A DNA stretch of 24,000 bases, from positions 14,390-38,389 of the forward strand of contig URIR01000017.1 in assembly GCA_900547955.1 (NCBI GenBank). The letters run 5' to 3'. The stretch's first letter is position 1; each line of letters begins with the position of its first letter. The translations under genes and the position numbers were made by a program. Under the pieces are notes generated by a model. That model was not told the origin of the DNA and did no database searches. It saw only the letters and a program-made list of their open reading frames with translations. Below are positions 18,241 to 24,000 of the stretch, piece by piece. Source of the DNA: an uncultured Eubacteriales bacterium (GTDB lineage: Bacteria > Bacillota > Clostridia > Christensenellales > QALW01).

Positions 18241-18538
18241 GTTCCTCCTTAATGGAATCCAATATGCTCTCCTCTACAGGCGCTTCAAAAGCGCGGGAAA
18301 GCGCCTTTGTTTTAATACACGCTTCAAGGCATTCTGCCCTTGGGCATATATACGCCCCGCGGCCGGCAGCCTTGCCCGTTTTATCCAGGCTTACAGCGCC
18401 CTCCTTATTGCGTACTATCCGAACCAGCTCCCGCTTAGGCTTCATTTCCCTGCATCCAAGGCACATGCGCATGGGAATTTTCTTTGTCTTCAAACGCTCT
18501 TCCTCCGATAGTAATAGTATATCCGTTTTTCTGCTCAA
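18224..18538 (-). CDS. rnpM: YlxR-family protein (RnpM)
   Basis: PMRMCLGCREMKPKRELVRIVRNKEGAVSLDKTGKAAGRGAYICPRAECLEAC matches the YlxR signature (CxxC, GRGAYxC). Confidence 0.92.
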   Translation of the reverse strand: MSRKTDILLLSEEERLKTKKIPMRMCLGCREMKPKRELVRIVRNKEGAVSLDKTGKAAGRGAYICPRAECLEACIKTKALSRAFEAPVEESILDSIKEELDKVD

Positions 18539-18659
18539 ACTGCTCTTTGCTTTAAAAGGCTTCAGGCAGCCGCGTATATCCGCGCCGTTATATATGCCGA
18601 CGCCCCGCGGGACGATATCCCTCTACGCCGTCCCCGCCCGAAAAACAGCCGCAGCCGCA

Positions 18660-19784
18660 TTACTCCTCTGAACCGTCAGGCAGCCCAAGCTCCTTAGGCT
18701 CAATATCATCCAGGCCGTTATGCTCTTCAAAGGCCTGCGCGTCAAACTGCTCCTCCAGCTGGCTCTGGCATTTGATATCTATTTTCCAGCCGGTAAGCCG
18801 AGCGGTAAGCCGGGCGTTCTGGCCCTCCTTGCCTATGGCCAGGGAAAGCTGATTATCCGGCACCACAACTCTGGCGACCTTTTCTTTTTCATTGGCGTTA
18901 ACCATAATCACCTTAGCAGGGCTGAGAGCATTGGCTATATATTCGGCCGGGTCTGCGCTCCATTTTATAACGTCGATTTTTTCATCGTTCAGCTCGCTGA
19001 CTATTTGGGAAACTCTGGCGCCCTTAGCCCCTACGCACGCGCCCAGCGGGTCTATCGCAGGATCCTCCGAGGTAACCGCTATCTTAGCGCGGCTGCCCGG
19101 CTCGCGCGCTATTGATACTATGCGCACCACGCCGCTCTGTATCTCAGGGGATTCCAATTCAAACAGGCGCTTGATAAGCTGGGGATGGGAACGGGAAACC
19201 GTAACCTGAAGCCCTTTAAGCCCCCGGCGCACATCCACCACATATACCTTTATGCGGTCGCCCACCTTATATACCTCGCCCGGAATCTGCTCCTTAGGAG
19301 GCAGCACGCCCTCCGTCCTGCCCAGCTCGACAAACACATAGTCGTTTTCCACTCTGTGCACAAAGGCGGTAAGCAGCTCGTGCTGCTTATCGGCGTATTC
19401 ATCATAGATAGCTCCCTTTTCCGCCTCGCGCAGGCGCTGGGTTATAACCTGGCGCGCAGTCTGCGCGCCTATGCGTCCAAAATCCTTGGGCGTGTCCTCA
19501 AACTGTATCCTGTCGCCTATCTGATAGCGGGGATCAATCTCCTGCGCCTCTTCCAGAGAAAGCTCAGTTTCAAGATTATGCAGCCTTTCCACCACAGTTT
19601 TAACTATATATATATGCACGTCGCCCGTTTCCCTGTCCATATGCGCTATTATTTCGCCTTCAAAGCCCTTAGCCTTCTTATAGGCGGAAACCATAGCCAG
19701 CTCTATGGATTCCATAAGCATTTCCGCACTTATTCCTTTTTCCTTTTCCAGCGCATCCAGCGCTTCTATAAGACCAGCGTTCAT
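18660..19784 (-). CDS. nusA: Transcription termination/antitermination factor NusA
   Basis: MNAGLIEALDALEKEKGISAEMLMESIELAMVSAYKK, an S1 domain, and KH domains (AREPGSRAKIAVTSEDPAIDPLGACVGAKGARVSQIVSELNDEKIDVI). Confidence 0.97.
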   Translation of the reverse strand: MNAGLIEALDALEKEKGISAEMLMESIELAMVSAYKKAKGFEGEIIAHMDRETGDVHIYIVKTVVERLHNLETELSLEEAQEIDPRYQIGDRIQFEDTPKDFGRIGAQTARQVITQRLREAEKGAIYDEYADKQHELLTAFVHRVENDYVFVELGRTEGVLPPKEQIPGEVYKVGDRIKVYVVDVRRGLKGLQVTVSRSHPQLIKRLFELESPEIQSGVVRIVSIAREPGSRAKIAVTSEDPAIDPLGACVGAKGARVSQIVSELNDEKIDVIKWSADPAEYIANALSPAKVIMVNANEKEKVARVVVPDNQLSLAIGKEGQNARLTARLTGWKIDIKCQSQLEEQFDAQAFEEHNGLDDIEPKELGLPDGSEE

Positions 19785-19801
19785 TTTAATCCTCCATTAA
19801 A

Positions 19802-20260
19802 TCAGGGGCCGATATACGGCCTTATTGTTTTTATATCTGCGCGGGCAAGCTCATATTTTTCCTTTCTGCCCTCTATTATAACCATACCTGCGTCAAAAGC
19901 AAGCAGGGTACCGGTAAATTTTTTCTTTTTTCCTTTTACAGGCGTCTTTAATTCAGCCTGAACAGTTTTACCCACGTTTCGTTCAAAATCCCTTTCAGTC
20001 TTAAAGGGTCTTTCTCCGGGAGAAGAAACGCAAAGACAATACTGCGTTCCGCCAGTCGGGTCATTTTGTTCCAAAACAGGCTCTATAAGCCTGCTCACGC
20101 GCTCGCAGTCGTCTATAGTCACACCATGCTCGCTGTATATATAAAATGTAAGGCATATAAGCCCTTCTTCCCGGCCGTAATCCACTCCAACCAATTCAAA
20201 GCCCGCCTCTTCTATAGCTGGCCGGGCGCAGTTTTCGGCTTTTTGAATTATATCGGGCAA
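19802..20260 (-). CDS. rimP: Ribosome maturation factor RimP, probable TTG start
   Basis: PAIEEAGFELVGVDYGREEGLICLTFYIYSEHGVTIDDCERVSRLIEPVLEQNDPTG...YCLCVSSPGERPFKTERDFER. The strongest SD reads AGGAGGAATAATTTGCCC, giving a TTG start at 20260. The ORF-track extension to 20383 would run through structured leader sequence. Confidence 0.93.
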   Translation of the reverse strand: MPDIIQKAENCARPAIEEAGFELVGVDYGREEGLICLTFYIYSEHGVTIDDCERVSRLIEPVLEQNDPTGGTQYCLCVSSPGERPFKTERDFERNVGKTVQAELKTPVKGKKKKFTGTLLAFDAGMVIIEGRKEKYELARADIKTIRPYIGP

Positions 20261-20274
20261 ATTATTCCTCCTTT

Positions 20275-20364
20275 CAAAAAACAAGAGTGGGATAAAACAG
20301 CCCACTCTCAGATAAATATCTGAAACTACCGCATGGCGGAGGGCGCAGCGCCCAGTCTTCCGCC
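20275..20364 (-). promoter_or_regulatory. Structured leader / terminator-like attenuator upstream of rimP-nusA
   Basis: Minus strand: GGCGGA-agact-GGGCG-ctg-CGCCC-TCCGCC (20335-20364), then TCAGAT-atTT-ATCTGA (20308-20323), then GAGTGGG-ctgttttat-CCCACTC (20285-20307) followed by TTGTTTTTG. Confidence 0.65.
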
Positions 20365-20464
20365 TTAATTCAGATAATAACACACTTTATTTAATAAAGC
20401 AAGCGTTTAAAGCGCTTTTCCTAAAGATTTTTCCAGTCCAGCTCAAGGCAAAACGCTTTAAAAT

Positions 20465-22012
20465 CTATACCTGCGGCAAGGTCTCTTCCGATTGCTCCAC
20501 CTTCTTAGACAACGCTTTTTCATTAAAAGCATTATCCGAACTATTTTGCAAGGGCTGAGCATACTTCATCATACAGCCTATAAGCAGCCAAAAAATTATC
20601 GAAGCGCTGGTACACTTAAAAAATATATCCGAATCAAAAAATGTAGTTACAGCTATAATAGAAAGCATTGTAAAAATAAGTATTGCCATGCTGTCCGGGC
20701 GCTTATTTTTTACAAAATATTTTATTGCCGTAATTAATACGCAAATTAAAAACGCTGCCATTGTGACAAATCCCAATAAGCCTATGCTGGAATAAATAGC
20801 CAGATAGCCATTATGCGTATCATAGATTCTACCAATTTCATAAGAAAGCGGATAATGCTCTTTAGAATATTGAACTATATAAATATCAGGGAACTGTTCT
20901 TTAATTATAGACATATAACTGGGAGAAAATCCAAAGAGCATTGTTTTGACGCTGCTGCCCCCGCATAAGAAATAATCCCGCCATATTCTAAAACGGTTAT
21001 TCGATATATCTCCCGTTTGAGTATCTGGGCGCTCCAATACATCGTCTATAATAGTACCAGTTATATCATCGTTATCCGAATCATTCGCGTTGCCAGAATT
21101 ATCAGAATCCTGAGTACCTAGAAGCACGGGAACTTTAGATAAAACCATATGAGTTCCTGAATAAGCTCCATAAAGTATCACTACGCAAAGCACAGCGGCA
21201 GCTACTGCGCCTAATCCTCTTACTACTTTAGAAGCGCCTGTCTTCTTATTTGCAATAATATTGCGCACAGCGATAATAGTAAAAACAGCCATCCCGCACA
21301 GCAAGCCTACTAATGTGCTTCTTGTTCCACTCAATACCAAATATATGAAGAATAAAGCGGCCTGTATAATAAACAAAATCCTGACCCATATACGTTTTGC
21401 TTTTACAGCGCCGTATACAGCTCCCACGCCTAAAAGCAAAGCTAAAAGCGTCGCATAATAAAGATAGCCGAATACGCCGAAAAGTCTTCCTCCTTGAAAT
21501 CCCTGGCGGCTATTCCCGCCCTCAACCGGCGTAATATACGAAATCTGCATAATAAATTGATATATTGAAACGACAACGGCCACAGTAAAAATAGCAGATA
21601 TCACCAGAAATAAATTCCTTAAAAAGCGTTCCATATGTTCTTTAGCTAATCTAAGATAAAAAGAATAAATAAGAAACATATGCACAACCTGCCAGACTAT
21701 TACCTTGGCGTTTTCTGTCCAGCCATAGCTTACATAAAACAAAGAGGAAGCGCACATTATTACGATAGTGGCCACCAGCAGAACGCAATATCTGCTTTTT
21801 ATGACTGTTCTTTCTATAAGAATATCAGCGGCTAAAAATGCGAAACCCAGCACAGCCATCGCAGGAGAAATTATATCTAAATGGGCATTGCACATAACTA
21901 CCCGCACAGGTACTATCTGCCAAAGGGTTTGATAGAGCAAAACTACTGAAATATATATTTTGACGAATAAATCCGCCCAGCTTTTTAATTGATTTTTACT
22001 TATTGCATTCAT
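20465..22012 (-). CDS. O-antigen ligase/polymerase-like multi-pass membrane protein
   Basis: 515 aa with many hydrophobic segments. It includes LSGTRSTLVGLLCGMAVF and, later, DTHNGYLAIYSSIGLLGFVTMAAFLICVLI, similar to the Wzy/WaaL family core. Confidence 0.75.
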   Translation of the reverse strand: MNAISKNQLKSWADLFVKIYISVVLLYQTLWQIVPVRVVMCNAHLDIISPAMAVLGFAFLAADILIERTVIKSRYCVLLVATIVIMCASSLFYVSYGWTENAKVIVWQVVHMFLIYSFYLRLAKEHMERFLRNLFLVISAIFTVAVVVSIYQFIMQISYITPVEGGNSRQGFQGGRLFGVFGYLYYATLLALLLGVGAVYGAVKAKRIWVRILFIIQAALFFIYLVLSGTRSTLVGLLCGMAVFTIIAVRNIIANKKTGASKVVRGLGAVAAAVLCVVILYGAYSGTHMVLSKVPVLLGTQDSDNSGNANDSDNDDITGTIIDDVLERPDTQTGDISNNRFRIWRDYFLCGGSSVKTMLFGFSPSYMSIIKEQFPDIYIVQYSKEHYPLSYEIGRIYDTHNGYLAIYSSIGLLGFVTMAAFLICVLITAIKYFVKNKRPDSMAILIFTMLSIIAVTTFFDSDIFFKCTSASIIFWLLIGCMMKYAQPLQNSSDNAFNEKALSKKVEQSEETLPQV

Positions 22013-22258
22013 TATGATTCTCCAAAAACAATAGTGTACAAGCGCGCGAACGCTTACAGCTTAACATCTTTTTATAATAAAATAACATTAGCATTTAAAT
22101 ATTATACTCGAATTATGATTATTTGAAAAGCGTTTTGCATATGCTTGCGCATGTCCTCGGCGCCGTATATAATCCGCCGTACAATTTAATAAGAGCACAA
22201 TAAGCTTAGAACCGTGCGCGTCATCCATGCAATTAACGCTCTAAAGTGAAAAAATCAG

Positions 22259-22286
22259 TTGACAGCCTGCTTATTTATGATATAAT
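22259..22286 (+). promoter_or_regulatory. Consensus sigma-A-type promoter for the T-box/trpB transcript
   Basis: TTGACA (22259-22264), 16-nt spacer, TATAAT (22281-22286). Confidence 0.8.
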
Positions 22287-22309
22287 ACAGCCAATCAAAT
22301 TAAAACAAA

Positions 22310-22576
22310 CCGTTGAGTAAGAAGAGTAGCCTGATATACCTCCTTTCAGAGAGCTGCTAATGGTGGAAAGCGGCAGGGCATGGAATTAGGTGAATGGACT
22401 TACGAGGGCAGGTCGAAAAGCGTCGGCGTTTAGTAGTGCCTGCTGGGAGCTTCACCCATTATCCGCGAAGCGCGTATATTTTGAGTACGCGAAATAAGAG
22501 GACGTTTAAATACGTCAATTTGGGTGGTACCGCAGAAGCAAGGCTTTTGTCCCTTAGTGGGATAAAAGCTTTTTTG
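22310..22576 (+). ncRNA. T-box leader (probable tryptophan specifier UGG) controlling trpB
   Basis: AGAGAG...GGTGGAAAGCGG element, GTGAATGGAC with candidate UGG at 22395-22397, T-box core TTTGGGTGGTACCGC (to 22533), then terminator GCTTTTGTCCC-TTAGT-GGGATAAAAGCTTTTTTG (22543-22574). Confidence 0.95.
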
Positions 22577-22626
22577 TTTCCCGTCGTTTAATTTGAGAAA
22601 TATTTTATTTTAAGGAGCGATGCAGA

Positions 22627-24000
22627 ATGAAAAAAGTACCCTACAGATTTTATTTAACCGAGGAGCAGATTCCGACGCAGTGGTATAATCTGCGCGCCGA
22701 TATGCCCGAACAGCCCGACCCAATTATCAACCCGGCCACCATGCAGCCTGCTCAGCTTTCAGATTTGCTGCCTGTATTCTGCGAGGAACTAGCCCGTCAG
22801 GAGCTGGACAGCAAGACCAGATACTTTGATATACCCGGCGAAATTATGGATGTATACCGAATATACCGTCCTGCGCCATTAATAAGGGCTTATAATCTTG
22901 AAAAGGAATTAGATACTCCCGCCAAAATATACTATAAATTCGAGGGCAACAACACCTCAGGGAGTCATAAATTAAATTCCGCGCTTGCACAGGCATATTA
23001 CGCAAAAAAGCAGGGCTTGACCAGCCTGACTACTGAAACAGGAGCAGGACAATGGGGTACGGCTCTTGCCGAAGCCTGTTCCTATTTTGGTCTGCCGCTG
23101 ACCGTATATATGGTTAAGGTTTCATACGAGCAAAAGCCTTTCCGCAAAACAGTCATGCAAACCTTTGACGCAAATGTTATAGCCAGTCCCAGCAACACTA
23201 CGGCGGTAGGCCGCGCAATATTGGAAAAAGACCCTGATACCGGCGGAAGCCTTGGCTGCGCAATTAGTGAAGCTGTAGAAAAGGCTGTAACCACGCCAGG
23301 ATGCAGATATGTGCTTGGGTCAGTACTAAATCAGGTGCTTCTTCATCAATCCATTATAGGCCTTGAATCCAAAAAGGCCATGGAGCTTTTAGACGAGTAT
23401 CCGGATATTGTAATAGGCTGCGCGGGCGGAGGATCCAATTTAGGCGGATTAATAGCGCCGTTTATGCAGGACAAGCTGCTGAAAAAGGCTAATCCGCGTA
23501 TTATCGCAGTAGAACCGGCGTCCTGTCCTTCTCTGACCAGAGGAAAATACGCTTATGATTTCTGTGATACAGGTAAAATAACGCCATTAGCCAAAATGTA
23601 CACACTAGGCTGCGGCTTCATACCTTCCGCCAATCATGCCGGAGGACTAAGATATCACGGAATGTCTCCAATATTATCAAAGCTTTATCACGACGGCTAC
23701 ATGGAAGCCATATCGGTTGAGCAGTCCAAGGTCTTTGAGGCAGCTGTGCTCTTCTCCAAAAAAGAAACAATATTGCCTGCACCCGAATCCGCGCATGCAA
23801 TATACGGAGCAATTCAAGAAGCGCTCCGCTGCAAAGAAAGCGGTGAAAGCAAAACCATTCTCTTTGGTCTTACAGGAACCGGTTATTTTGATATGACCGC
23901 ATATAACGCCTATATTACCGGTAATATGAGCGACTATATTCCCACCGACGAGGATTTGCAAAGGGGCTTTGACGGACTTCCTCAGGTACCTGGCCAATAA
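22627..24000 (+). CDS. trpB: Tryptophan synthase beta-like chain (TrpB2 type)
   Basis: YFIPGE-like N-terminus MKKVPYRFYLTEEQIPTQWYNLRADMPEQPDPIINPATMQP. Also KFEGNNTSGSHKLNSALAQAYYAKKQGLTSLTTETGAGQWGTALAEA and CAGGGSNLGGLIAPF. The stop codon is exactly at the window end. Confidence 0.95.
   Translation: MKKVPYRFYLTEEQIPTQWYNLRADMPEQPDPIINPATMQPAQLSDLLPVFCEELARQELDSKTRYFDIPGEIMDVYRIYRPAPLIRAYNLEKELDTPAKIYYKFEGNNTSGSHKLNSALAQAYYAKKQGLTSLTTETGAGQWGTALAEACSYFGLPLTVYMVKVSYEQKPFRKTVMQTFDANVIASPSNTTAVGRAILEKDPDTGGSLGCAISEAVEKAVTTPGCRYVLGSVLNQVLLHQSIIGLESKKAMELLDEYPDIVIGCAGGGSNLGGLIAPFMQDKLLKKANPRIIAVEPASCPSLTRGKYAYDFCDTGKITPLAKMYTLGCGFIPSANHAGGLRYHGMSPILSKLYHDGYMEAISVEQSKVFEAAVLFSKKETILPAPESAHAIYGAIQEALRCKESGESKTILFGLTGTGYFDMTAYNAYITGNMSDYIPTDEDLQRGFDGLPQVPGQ

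Noticed and set aside
14933-18671. Plus-strand ORFs antisense to infB, rnpM and nusA (for example 16106..16702 and 18252..18671)
   Set aside because: They lie opposite strongly conserved genes, have no RBS or domain signature, and reflect codon composition of the sense strand.
20261-20383. N-terminal extension of RimP given in the ORF track (MLLSELRRKTGRCALRHAVVSDIYLRVGCF...)
   Set aside because: The extension translates the structured leader. A strong AGGAGG precedes a TTG at 20260, where RimP homology begins.

Overview
This looks like a Firmicutes/Clostridia-type chromosomal window. The minus strand carries a largely conserved translation/transcription cluster, in transcription order: rimP, nusA, rnpM (ylxR), L7Ae-like, infB, rbfA, nrnA-like, truB, ribF, then an interruption, then rpsO and pnp. 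The left part has a TldD-family peptidase fragment, mscL, an HExxH lipoprotein and a GH78-like alpha-L-rhamnosidase. The right part has an O-antigen ligase-like membrane protein and a tryptophan T-box leader in front of a TrpB2-type trpB. The main unusual content is a family of very GC-rich, multi-branched palindromic elements at about 6121-6279, 9361-9503 and 11477-11674. Each has a long outer stem enclosing exactly three adjacent hairpins, a cross-shaped four-way junction with almost no unpaired bases. Copies A and B differ in arm sequence but keep their pairing. Copy C appears inverted and has a perfect 39-bp outer stem. The 5' satellite hairpin of copy A is expanded as 54-bp tandem units. 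Copies B and C lie in an AT-rich island of about 2.8 kb between ribF and rpsO. That island also carries three AbrB-like small-protein paralogs with a shared upstream box and an overlapping RHH-SLOG gene pair. All stems were paired by eye; no folding or database search was run.
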